Shown piece by piece: positions 10,180 to 19,161 of a stretch of 64,000 bases of DNA. The stretch lies in assembly GCA_963675595.2 (NCBI GenBank), contig CAXXLZ010000002.1, positions 384,001 to 448,000 of the forward strand, written 5' to 3'. Position numbers and translations under genes: made by a program. This DNA comes from Thermodesulfobacteriota bacterium (GTDB lineage: Bacteria; Desulfobacterota; Desulfarculia; JACQYL01). Each line of letters starts with the position of its first letter. Positions within the stretch are counted from its first letter, which is position 1. The notes below the pieces were generated by a model that did no database searches, had not been told where the DNA came from, and worked only from the letters and a program-made list of their open reading frames with translations.

Positions 10180-11208
10180 CTACTTCGCTTTGCTGAAGTA
10201 GTCGTCCCGCGCCTTTCTAAGCTGCATCACGTTCTCAAGGGGAGAAGGCGGCGCAACACCGCAGCCGGGCGTCAAAAAGTCCGTTCCGTTCTCCAACGCC
10301 TGAATCGACTCCTGGTAACACTCTTCAGGCTTCCCCATGAACAGAGTGGTGGCGGTGGCCACGTTCCCGAAGACCCGGACGCCTTTGGCGCGAGCGATTT
10401 CCACGGCGGCCTTCATATCCGCCTTTTCTTCGATGCTGATGCCCGCCACGCCCGAGTCGCACATCAAGGGAATGATCTTGTCCGTGTTGGCGCAAACATG
10501 AAGCACCAGGGGTCCCTTGGACTTGGCGGCGATGTCTTTGATCATGGGAAGCACGAACTTCTCCCAGGTCTTCGGGCTCATGAGGGCCGGCCCGGAAGAA
10601 GGTTCGGCCATGCAGTAGTAATCCGCACCCTGGTCGAAGGACCAGTTGATCACGTCGATCATGGCCTGTTTGGTCACGTCGATCACTTGCTGGACCTTGT
10701 CCTGTTCTTTGAAGGTCCACTTCATGAACTTCTCGGTTCCCACCAGGTTGCAGGCACAGGTCCACGCACCTTCCGATTCGCCGAAGACGACCATGTCGTT
10801 GCCGATCTTATCCTTAATCAGCTTGAAGTGTTCCTTGTAGGCGGGAAAACGCCCCTTTGAAAGAAAGGCCTCGGCTCCGGGGTAGTCCAGTCCATCCAGG
10901 CTTTCGGCGAATGCATGTCCTTTGATGCAATACTGCAGGTCGATCTTGGGCTCTCCCAAAATGCACCCGAAGACCTCGCTCATGGGGGTAATATCCCATC
11001 CCATGGCCTTGACCCACTCCCAACCCAGGTACTTGGGGCCCGCCAGGGCCAGTTCGGTCATGGCGACCGGGTCGGTATCGGCCAAGGGCCGCTCCGCTCC
11101 GCACTTTTTCATGAGCTCCACAATACCGTAGGTGGTAGTACAGCCGACGGGCGTCATATCCACTTCCTTGCCCATCAGGCAGTTCATCACTCGCTCTTTC
11201 AGGTTCAT
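10180..11208 (-). CDS. MtaA/CmuA-type methylcobamide:thiol methyltransferase (uroporphyrinogen decarboxylase fold)
   Basis: Zn-ligand motif HxC (LHVCAN) plus TPGCG, MAEPSSGPALMSP and VFGNV. ATG 11208 follows a GAGGAGG RBS. Confidence 0.8.
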   Translation of the reverse strand: MNLKERVMNCLMGKEVDMTPVGCTTTYGIVELMKKCGAERPLADTDPVAMTELALAGPKYLGWEWVKAMGWDITPMSEVFGCILGEPKIDLQYCIKGHAFAESLDGLDYPGAEAFLSKGRFPAYKEHFKLIKDKIGNDMVVFGESEGAWTCACNLVGTEKFMKWTFKEQDKVQQVIDVTKQAMIDVINWSFDQGADYYCMAEPSSGPALMSPKTWEKFVLPMIKDIAAKSKGPLVLHVCANTDKIIPLMCDSGVAGISIEEKADMKAAVEIARAKGVRVFGNVATATTLFMGKPEECYQESIQALENGTDFLTPGCGVAPPSPLENVMQLRKARDDYFSKAK

Positions 11209-11335
11209 CGATTCCTCCTCAAAGTCCGAAATGGGCCTCGGCCGTTGGAATGCATCAACACCCGCCCGGACGTGCAACTCATTCGGGCGTGGTGCCCATC
11301 AGCGGTCGGAGTGCTTTCGGCCCCGTCGATAGGGT

Positions 11336-11575
11336 CTATTTGGTTTGTTTGAGCTGCTCAGCGACCTTCCGGATTCGTTTTCTGAACAAGGGTTGATAAA
11401 TCAGCCAGAACACCGCAAGCCACAAGAAAAGGATCACGGTGAGATACTCACTCCCGGCCAACACTTCTTTGAGTGCGTACAGTCCCCCAAACACAATGAG
11501 GACGCCGGCGACGGTGTAGGGAAGACCCGCTTTGAGAAAGACGGTCAGATTTCGTTTCGATTCTTGATTCCACAT
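11336..11575 (-). CDS. small two-TM membrane protein
   Basis: 79 aa with two hydrophobic segments and a basic C-terminus. Sits in the operon next to the permease. Confidence 0.7.
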   Translation of the reverse strand: MWNQESKRNLTVFLKAGLPYTVAGVLIVFGGLYALKEVLAGSEYLTVILFLWLAVFWLIYQPLFRKRIRKVAEQLKQTK

Positions 11576-11646
11576 ACCGGCGCCCGATCGCCTCCTGTAC
11601 CGGTTCCCGTGCTCTCGGCCCGGAAACCGGCCAAATGGATTCGTTA

Positions 11647-13101
11647 TTACTTTCCGTTCTCTTCCGGGGGATGCGCTTCCCCGTTTTCAATGGCCTTGAC
11701 CGCAGCTTCTTCCGAGGCGCTCTTGTCGATCTGCTTCGGAGTGTAATGCTCCAGGGCAAAGTACATGATCGCACCGATAATCAGGGCCATGGTGGGGCCG
11801 GACCAGAAGGGGCTTCCCCAAAGTTTCACGTAATTGGCCGTGACCAGAACGGCCCCCATGACGCCGGCGATGCCGCGCTGGAGGTTGTTGGTGCACATGG
11901 CGAACGCGATATAGACGCAGAGGTATCCCTGAATCAGCAGGGTCAGACCGAAACCGATCAGCTTGGCCGGAAGAATGATCTGTACGATGGGATGGAAGAC
12001 CATGGCGATGCTCATGCCCCAGAAGATCGAGGTGGCGCCGCCCCAGTATGAGGGTTCCTGTTCCGCCGTGGAGTTCTTATAGCGGTTCACCACCAAGGCC
12101 TGCCCACCGGTCCACTGGGGTCCGCACAGGGGCAGATAAGGCATGGTCACACCTTCAAGCAGATTTCGGAAAGAGGTGATGAGGTGGTTGCGGGATACCT
12201 GAAAAACGATTTTCTCGTCGGGTCGGGCCTTGTCCGATTCGTCGACCAAAGCCTCCAGTACCAGAATATCGCCGAAAGCGAGAACGTAGGCCACAATGGC
12301 CAAAGAAATGGCGGCTCCCCATGCCGTCGCGGAGGGAAAACCGATGGAGAACGCACTGAACGAGTTGAGCATCTCTCCAAAGGGGATGGCGATGATGAAG
12401 CGATCGAAGACACCGACCGGCATCGGGATTTCCCCGGTAATAAGCCCGGCGAGATACCCGATCACGAAGCCCGGGGCGATCCCAAAGCCCGCCACCCACG
12501 CGAACCAGCCGTATCTTTTGCGGAATTCCATGCCGCGGACCGAAAACAGGATGAAGAAACTGCCAAAAGCCGAAACCAAGAAGGCGATGGGCATCTTCCC
12601 GATAAAGGGCTGTCCGGGGTCGAAAACCCGCATCAGGGCGGCGAACCCGGCGCCGAGCAAAATACCCGCCCGCATGGACACCGGGAAGTGTTTGATTACG
12701 GTTTTCGTAATCCCCGTCACTCCAAGCACGAGAAAAATCAGCCCGACCAGGACCTGAAGTGCGATCAACGCCTGAATGCGCTCGGGCCCGGCTTCAAAAT
12801 CGGTCAGGAAGGATATGTATAGCGGAATACCCGCCGTGATCCAGCCGGCGATGGAAGGATCGCCGAATGATGTGTGCAACAGGTACAGAAAATTGTTGAT
12901 CACCACCATGAGGACCGCAACTTCAATGGGAATTCCCAGGACTTTGACCATGGCTGCGGTAATGCCCAAGGGTACGCAGCTTAGAATGGCGCCCTGGATG
13001 AAATCTTGATACTCGATCCGGTAGTGTACGAAGGGTATCCTCAGTTTGAGCGCGCCACCGGCATATGGCTGCTCTTCTCCATACTTGCGTGCGATTGCCA
13101 T
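11647..13101 (-). CDS. xanthine/uracil/vitamin C permease-like (NCS2-like) transporter
   Basis: About 12-13 hydrophobic segments. RIPFVHYRIEYQDFIQG, GWITAGIPL and GPQWTGG. ATG 13101 follows AGGAGTAGGAG. Confidence 0.7.
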   Translation of the reverse strand: MAIARKYGEEQPYAGGALKLRIPFVHYRIEYQDFIQGAILSCVPLGITAAMVKVLGIPIEVAVLMVVINNFLYLLHTSFGDPSIAGWITAGIPLYISFLTDFEAGPERIQALIALQVLVGLIFLVLGVTGITKTVIKHFPVSMRAGILLGAGFAALMRVFDPGQPFIGKMPIAFLVSAFGSFFILFSVRGMEFRKRYGWFAWVAGFGIAPGFVIGYLAGLITGEIPMPVGVFDRFIIAIPFGEMLNSFSAFSIGFPSATAWGAAISLAIVAYVLAFGDILVLEALVDESDKARPDEKIVFQVSRNHLITSFRNLLEGVTMPYLPLCGPQWTGGQALVVNRYKNSTAEQEPSYWGGATSIFWGMSIAMVFHPIVQIILPAKLIGFGLTLLIQGYLCVYIAFAMCTNNLQRGIAGVMGAVLVTANYVKLWGSPFWSGPTMALIIGAIMYFALEHYTPKQIDKSASEEAAVKAIENGEAHPPEENGK

Positions 13102-13249
13102 TTTTCTCCTACTCCTCCTCCTAAGTGCACTCACTGGATCCTGCCGTACCGTAACTCATACAAACGGCGCGGACAGGATACGTACCTTCGACCTGTCTCC
13201 GATGACCCCTGTTTCCCCCCTCTCCTTATGGACTGTTCCGCCTCAGACC

Positions 13250-13276
13250 AAGGGGAGGGGAATCCCCCTCCCCTTT
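13250..13276 (-). terminator. stem-loop after the HdrD-like gene
   Basis: AAGGGGAGGGG / CCCCTCCCCTT inverted repeat. Confidence 0.5.
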
Positions 13277-13285
13277 GAATCCCGA

Positions 13286-14611
13286 TCAGGCCTGCTCGGG
13301 TAGGACTTGATCCACGAGTTCCACCAAATCCACAACCTGCATGCCGCTGCCGATTCGCTTGGCTCCTTCATTGAGATTGAAGTAGCAGAAGGGGCAAATC
13401 GACACCATTTTCTCGGCCCCCGTTTCCATGCCTTCCTCGATTCGCAGGGAAGCATTCTTGGTGGCCCAGTCGCCGAAACCGGTCATCACGCCTCCGCCGC
13501 CTCCGCAGCAAAACGAGTTGGCCCGAATGCGCTCCATCTCCTCGAGTTGAAGCCCCGGAATCGCTTGAAGCAATTCCCTCGGCTCATCGTACAGGCAGTC
13601 GCTCTCATCCACCTCCACATAAGCGCCTTCCCACAGGTCTTTGCCCTCTTTGTCCACCACGAACTTGTTCAGGTGCCGTCCCGTATGACAAGGATCGTGG
13701 TAAGTGACCTTCATGGGCAGTTCGCCGGCGAACTTGAGCTTGCCTTCCTTATACAACCCGTTCAGTAAGTCGGCTGTGTGAATGACTTCGATCCCATCCA
13801 TCACCTCGTCGTACTCGGACGAGAGCACATAGTCCTTCTTGATGGCCCGGAAGCATCCGGCGCAGGACGTGATAATTCTTTTAACGCCCTTTTCGTCGCG
13901 AAGCTTCTTGAAGGTTTCGAGGTTCAGGGTCGCCACGCGCTTGAATTCCTCCGCGTCACCAACTCTCATAGCCGTGGACCCGCAACAGACTTCGTTTTCA
14001 CCCAAGATCCCGAAATCGAGTCCGAGTTTCTGAAAAATGGAGGCCGTGGCCGTGGGTACGGCACGTGCTCCCGTGTTGAAGGCGCCCGTGCAACCCACAT
14101 AGAACAGGTTGGGAGCGGCTTCCTTGTTGATGTCTTTGATGGGCTTGCCGGCTTTCTTAAAGGGCCGTGTCCAATCGGTGCGCACCCTCCGAGGTCCCTG
14201 GTAGGGGTTGTTGTAGTTGCGCATGGACTGAGTCAGGTTCTTGTGAAGCGGCATGGGGCCTTTGCCGGATTTAACCGCCTCGCGGCGCAAGGCTTCGATC
14301 ACTTCCGGAATGTGCGGCTTGTAGTCCACCTGACACTGATTCTGACAACCGGCGCAGATGGTGCATTTGTATATGGCTTCGAGAAACTCGGGGTCGTCGA
14401 AGCTCAGCACTCCGGCGGTCAGACCGCGGGCATAGGCGGCTTTTCCCTTGGAGGAGTAGTACCCTTCAAAGCCGAACTCGGTACCCGCGGGACAGATGGG
14501 CTTGGCCACCGGGGGCGGACCGTACGTATAGGCCGTGCGGCAGGTTCCGCAGGCGGTGCATCGCCAGAAATACCTTTCCAGATCTTTCAGATCCGGTATG
14601 TTCCATTCCAT
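13286..14611 (-). CDS. Fe-S oxidoreductase with CCG domains (HdrD/GlpC/GlcF-like)
   Basis: CTACGTC...CP, CTICAGCQNQC, VCCGS, SCAGC, YHDPCH, CCGGGGG and CPFC. Confidence 0.9.
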   Translation of the reverse strand: MEWNIPDLKDLERYFWRCTACGTCRTAYTYGPPPVAKPICPAGTEFGFEGYYSSKGKAAYARGLTAGVLSFDDPEFLEAIYKCTICAGCQNQCQVDYKPHIPEVIEALRREAVKSGKGPMPLHKNLTQSMRNYNNPYQGPRRVRTDWTRPFKKAGKPIKDINKEAAPNLFYVGCTGAFNTGARAVPTATASIFQKLGLDFGILGENEVCCGSTAMRVGDAEEFKRVATLNLETFKKLRDEKGVKRIITSCAGCFRAIKKDYVLSSEYDEVMDGIEVIHTADLLNGLYKEGKLKFAGELPMKVTYHDPCHTGRHLNKFVVDKEGKDLWEGAYVEVDESDCLYDEPRELLQAIPGLQLEEMERIRANSFCCGGGGGVMTGFGDWATKNASLRIEEGMETGAEKMVSICPFCYFNLNEGAKRIGSGMQVVDLVELVDQVLPEQA

Positions 14612-14682
14612 TCAAAAACCTCCGTATCCGTTGTCCTACAAACGTTTTCGTTGCGCTTATGGTCCTTGAAACCGTGGGACCG

Positions 14683-16128
14683 TCAGATTCCCAGCTTGCC
14701 CGGATTCATGATGTCGTTGGGATCAAGCATTTGCTTGACCTTTTTCAAAAGCATCAGGTAACCGGGATGCGCCCGTTGGTTGATCTCCTTGGCGAAGTCC
14801 ACGGGGGGCTTGTACGGGATGCCGCCCTCGTCCAGGTCCACCTTGAGGCATTCCACGATGGCCCTGCGGGCATTCTCGATGTCGTCGGGATTCTGTTTGT
14901 TGAAGGGAATCATGGCGCGAAGCATGCCGTAATGAACGCCTCGGTACATGGACATGCGCACGGAAGGGGAGAGGTTGGCGTCGATGAGAATCTCTTTCCA
15001 TCTCGAGTATACGGGCGCCCACTTCTTGGCGGGAGTAAAGGTGCCCGGCCAGGAAATGCCGGCCCCCGCCATCTTACAGTAGTTCTTGGTGGAGCCCACG
15101 ATCTGGCTGGGTAATTGGGTCCTCGCTTTGAGCGCTTCTTCGGGATACTGAGTGACCTTCAGGGAAGTACCTTTCTTCTTCTCCTCCTCAACCACCGTTT
15201 CCCACATCTCTTCTTTGGCTTCCTTCTCTTTTTCCGTGAAGGAAGTGGTGTTGGCGAAACTGAACCATTCCGGAGACTCGTCCGGCTTCGCGCGATAGGG
15301 ATAGGGGATGGGTACCTGAGCCAGCCACCACGAAACCGCGGTGAGGTCGTCGCAGATTTCGTAATTGCTCAGATTCAGCATGTAGGAATACATATCCTGC
15401 ACGTTGTCGCAGGACACGGTGAACACCTTGAGGACCGGGGGAATGGGATGGACGCCGACGCCCAGCTTGGTGATCACGCCGGTGCTTCCCAGCCAGCCTT
15501 TGAACAGGCCGTCCATTTGGGGCATGGGGAGTACGCTGTGCCAAGCGTTTTCCTGAATGGCGCAGGACCCTACGCGCACCAGTTCACCGGTGGGCAACAC
15601 CACTTCCATGCTGGTGATTTCCTGGCTGTTGAGACCGTATCGGGCGTTGAGCCCCCCGATGCCGTGGGAAATGGCGCAGGAAGACACGGAAGCCGAGGGG
15701 GGACCCACCGGCCAACCGAATCTCAAATTGTGTTTGTAGAGCGCTTCGGCGAGTTGGGCGTGACTGACGCCGGGTTCGACGACCGCGTAATGGGATTCCG
15801 CGTCGATATCGAGAATCCGGTTCATGCGTTTGAGGTCCATCAGAATGCCGCCTCTTTCCGGAATCGTGAGGCCTCCGATGTTGGTGCCCGCAGTATAGGG
15901 AGTTACCGGGATTTTCTCCTGGTTGGCGAAGCGCATGATCCCCTGGACCTGCTCGACGTTCTCCACCAGAACCACGTAATCGGGCATTTTGGGCTGCACG
16001 AAAGACAAATCGTAAGAGTAGGCGAATCGTACGTGCTTGGCCGCGGTGGCGTTCTTCGCACCCACGATGGACTGCAATTCCTTCAAGACCCTTTCGTCGA
16101 AACGGCCTTCATCGAACATGTAGTGCAC
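14683..16128 (-). CDS. FAD-binding oxidoreductase (GlcD/D-lactate dehydrogenase, VAO family)
   Basis: PDYVV, AGTNIGG, VVEPGV, EVVLPTGE, GSTGVIT and C-terminal LDPNDIMNPGK. Start is GTG 16128 or ATG 16119. Confidence 0.88.
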   Translation of the reverse strand: MHYMFDEGRFDERVLKELQSIVGAKNATAAKHVRFAYSYDLSFVQPKMPDYVVLVENVEQVQGIMRFANQEKIPVTPYTAGTNIGGLTIPERGGILMDLKRMNRILDIDAESHYAVVEPGVSHAQLAEALYKHNLRFGWPVGPPSASVSSCAISHGIGGLNARYGLNSQEITSMEVVLPTGELVRVGSCAIQENAWHSVLPMPQMDGLFKGWLGSTGVITKLGVGVHPIPPVLKVFTVSCDNVQDMYSYMLNLSNYEICDDLTAVSWWLAQVPIPYPYRAKPDESPEWFSFANTTSFTEKEKEAKEEMWETVVEEEKKKGTSLKVTQYPEEALKARTQLPSQIVGSTKNYCKMAGAGISWPGTFTPAKKWAPVYSRWKEILIDANLSPSVRMSMYRGVHYGMLRAMIPFNKQNPDDIENARRAIVECLKVDLDEGGIPYKPPVDFAKEINQRAHPGYLMLLKKVKQMLDPNDIMNPGKLGI

Positions 16129-16230
16129 CTTAAACCCTCCTATGAATGATGTGACCGGGGTGCACCTCGAAAGTGCACCCAAGGGGGTTGCCTGCGGCCG
16201 GGAATCAACGGCGTCCGGGTCCACCGGAAT

Positions 16231-16968
16231 TCACACGGACCGGAAACTCTTGAAACTCTCCGGACCTTGCAGGGCGAAGTAGCTGATCAAGCCTTCTTCA
16301 ACCTCCTTGATGTGACGGTACATTTCGACGCGGGCCCGCTCGGGGTCACGCATTCGAAGTGCGTCCAGAATCCTTTTGTGCGCCAGAAAAACGGCGACGG
16401 AAAAGTCATGATCGGTGTGGATCAGATCTTTGATGCCCACAAGCATGTCGCGCACCGAATCCATGACCAGACAGATGATGGCATTCCCGGCAATGGTGGC
16501 GATTTTCTGATGAAAATAGATTTCGAGTTCATGAGAAAATCGACCGTTGTCCAGCGTTTCCTTCATGTCCCAGAGATTCTTTTCCAGCTCGTCGACTTCC
16601 TCGTTGGTTGCGATTTGGGCGGTGATCTCGCAAAGCTGAGGTTCGATGATGCATCGGACCTGGGAGAGCTCCGAGATGGACGGGTTGCGGAAAAACAAAT
16701 AGTTGGTGAGGCAATCCCGGGCCTTCTGCGCGTCCACCTCTCGCACGAAAGCCCCGCCTGAGACTCCCTGCCGTACCTCGAGAAGTCCTAGAGCTTCGAG
16801 GGCTCGAAACGCCTCTCTAAGCGAAGCCTTGCTGACCCCGAAATCGTCCGCCAAGTCTTTTTCCGCAGGCAGCCGGTCGCCGGGCTTGAGCCGACCTTCA
16901 AGGATCGCCTGCCTGATCTGCTGCACGATGTTTTCCGAAATTCGATTGAACTTGGCTGATTTGAACAT
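16231..16968 (-). CDS. GntR/FadR-family transcriptional regulator
   Basis: LKPGDRLPAEKDLADDFGVSKASLREA HTH plus an FCD domain (FHQKIA...GN; HKRILDAL). Confidence 0.93.
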   Translation of the reverse strand: MFKSAKFNRISENIVQQIRQAILEGRLKPGDRLPAEKDLADDFGVSKASLREAFRALEALGLLEVRQGVSGGAFVREVDAQKARDCLTNYLFFRNPSISELSQVRCIIEPQLCEITAQIATNEEVDELEKNLWDMKETLDNGRFSHELEIYFHQKIATIAGNAIICLVMDSVRDMLVGIKDLIHTDHDFSVAVFLAHKRILDALRMRDPERARVEMYRHIKEVEEGLISYFALQGPESFKSFRSV

Positions 16969-17272
16969 GAGTATCCGCTGCTCCTTCCTGCCGTGGATAG
17001 CTGTTGCCATAGGCGGTCGAGGTTGTCAAGAAATTTTTATAAAGTTTAAAACATCTGATATTTCGCTATTGATTTCCTCGAGGAGATCCGATATAGGATT
17101 CCTAACATTAGCGGTCTTTTCATGTAACATCCCGGATTTACTAACGATATGTACGAGAAGATTCGCTTTCTCGGTTCCGGATCGCCTCGAAGGCGTATCC
17201 CCCCGCCGGAGGTTTCCGGTTATATAAGAATAAGAATTGTTTCACAAATCCAAACATAAGGGGACGATGAAC

Positions 17273-17635
17273 ATGGGAGTTAAAGTTGACGCACTCAAGT
17301 GCATCGGATGCATGGCTTGCGAAATGGCGTGCGGCTACCACAGGGACGACGGGTTCGCCTTCCTTTCCGCATGCATCGTTCTTTATCGCGGCCGTGAGAA
17401 GAAGAACTACTTCGGCGTGCTCCTCAAGGAAGAGGAAGACCTGGTCGTTTTCCGGCCCGAAGGTATGGAAGTGAAGAAAATCGGCGCCACGGACGACGAA
17501 CCCGGGGAGCAGAAGGAAGGGGATGCCTCCGCCAAGCCCATGCTGCTGAGAGAAGCCTGCGACCTCTGCGAAGAGATGGAACACGGCCCCATGTGCGTTA
17601 AGGTCTGCCCCGTGGACGCCATCATCGTTGAATAA
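17273..17635 (+). CDS. 4Fe-4S dicluster ferredoxin-like subunit (AOR-associated type)
   Basis: CIGCMACEMAC and CDLC...PMCVKVCP. Start is 17267 or 17273. Confidence 0.85.
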   Translation: MGVKVDALKCIGCMACEMACGYHRDDGFAFLSACIVLYRGREKKNYFGVLLKEEEDLVVFRPEGMEVKKIGATDDEPGEQKEGDASAKPMLLREACDLCEEMEHGPMCVKVCPVDAIIVE

Positions 17636-17645
17636 GGAGAATGCC

Positions 17646-18956
17646 ATGGAGTATTTGTCGTCCGATAAGATTCTCATTGTGGACCTGGCCGCCGGGGAAA
17701 TCAGCGAAGACGAGCTGAGTGAAGACCTCGTTGCCGAAAAGATCGGCGGCGCGGCCGTGAACAAGGCACTTTATGAACAACACGCCGACGGAGACCCCAT
17801 CGTCATCGGTACGGGCCTGCTCAGCGGCACCCTGTGCCCCGGCTCGTCCCTCGCCGTCCTTACCGGCAAAAGCCCGATTACGGGAAAACTCGCCCACGCG
17901 CCCATCACTTTTCACGTAGGTATCGAGCTCAAATACGCGGGCTTCGATTATGTCGTACTCAAGGGTAAGGCGGATAAGCCGGTGTTTCTTTGGATTCACG
18001 ACGGCGTAGCCGACGTGAACGACGCTTCCGACGTTTGGGGATCCGACGTTTGGCAGAGCACGGATGCCTGGCGCAAGGCCTTGGGCGACGACCTCATCCA
18101 GACCATGGTGATCGGCCCGGCCGGAGAATCCGGTTCCGATGCGGCCCAGGTCTGTTTGAACTACTGGCCGAGCGGAGATCGCTTCGGCTTCGGCAGGCTT
18201 TTCGGCGAAAAGAACCTGAAAGGAATCGCCCTCCGAGGGATGGGACTCCTGGAAATCGCGGACGCCGAAGGATTCGTCGACAAGTGTCTCGAAATCATTC
18301 CCCAGGTAAAAGACGGAGCGCTCAAAGGCAAGAAAGGCGTGGAAGACATCTGCGCGGCCATGGGGCACGCGGACGTCAAGGAGTGGTTGGCTCCCATCGT
18401 ACACCGCCACACGGCCTCCTACAACAGCCCCTATCCCACCCAAACCTTCGTATTTCTGGATGAAGATCCGGCTCTCAAGACCGAATCCGCCGTTGCGGAA
18501 CCCGGCTTCAGACTGGACGATCCCGATGCCGTTCTCGGCTTCAAGAATCTCGGTCTGGAGGCCAAAGAAGCCTGCCGGTTGATGTGTCTTTGCGCCCGGA
18601 AGGGGCTGAGCGCCGCAGCGGTTGCTCAACTCAGCGAAAAAGCCGGCAAGAAGAGCGCTCAGGAAATCGAAGCTTCTCTGGACTCTCTCACCGGAACCGT
18701 GGAACTCGCCGGTCAAGGCATTTTCAGTCCCTGGTGTCCCCGCAGTCCCTTGTTCGGAGATTTCGGCGCGTCCGACGCAGCTTCCTGGTGGGAACGCAGA
18801 CAAGCCGTGGCTTACGTTTTCGGAATCGACCCCATGTTCGCAGTCATGTCTCCTGAATTGACCGAGGAGTTGCTCCTCGAGCTGGCCGGAATCGGAACCG
18901 AAATCGAATTCACTTCCGATACGTTGGAATCCGTTGTGAGCGATCTTCAAGTCTGA
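17646..18956 (+). CDS. short aldehyde:ferredoxin oxidoreductase (AOR)-like protein
   Basis: AOR N-domain motifs KILIVDL, IGG, KSPITG, ELKYAGFDYVVLKGKADKPVFL, IGPAGE and FGEKNLKGI. About 436 aa versus about 600 for canonical AOR. Confidence 0.8.
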   Translation: MEYLSSDKILIVDLAAGEISEDELSEDLVAEKIGGAAVNKALYEQHADGDPIVIGTGLLSGTLCPGSSLAVLTGKSPITGKLAHAPITFHVGIELKYAGFDYVVLKGKADKPVFLWIHDGVADVNDASDVWGSDVWQSTDAWRKALGDDLIQTMVIGPAGESGSDAAQVCLNYWPSGDRFGFGRLFGEKNLKGIALRGMGLLEIADAEGFVDKCLEIIPQVKDGALKGKKGVEDICAAMGHADVKEWLAPIVHRHTASYNSPYPTQTFVFLDEDPALKTESAVAEPGFRLDDPDAVLGFKNLGLEAKEACRLMCLCARKGLSAAAVAQLSEKAGKKSAQEIEASLDSLTGTVELAGQGIFSPWCPRSPLFGDFGASDAASWWERRQAVAYVFGIDPMFAVMSPELTEELLLELAGIGTEIEFTSDTLESVVSDLQV

Positions 18957-19161
18957 AGCTCTTCGCTTGAATACATCGGTCCTTTGCGGGACCCGATCAA
19001 AACTTGATTAGACAAGAACTGTTCCTACCCCAAACCTCCTCCTCCCCTCTCCCCTTCGGGGGAGAGGGCTTTCACCATTCGGCACGCCGGGGAGGTCCGA
19101 GGTCAAGGTATCGAACGGGAAACCCCGGAAGGACCCACAAGAAAGTCTTCCGAGCCGGCAC

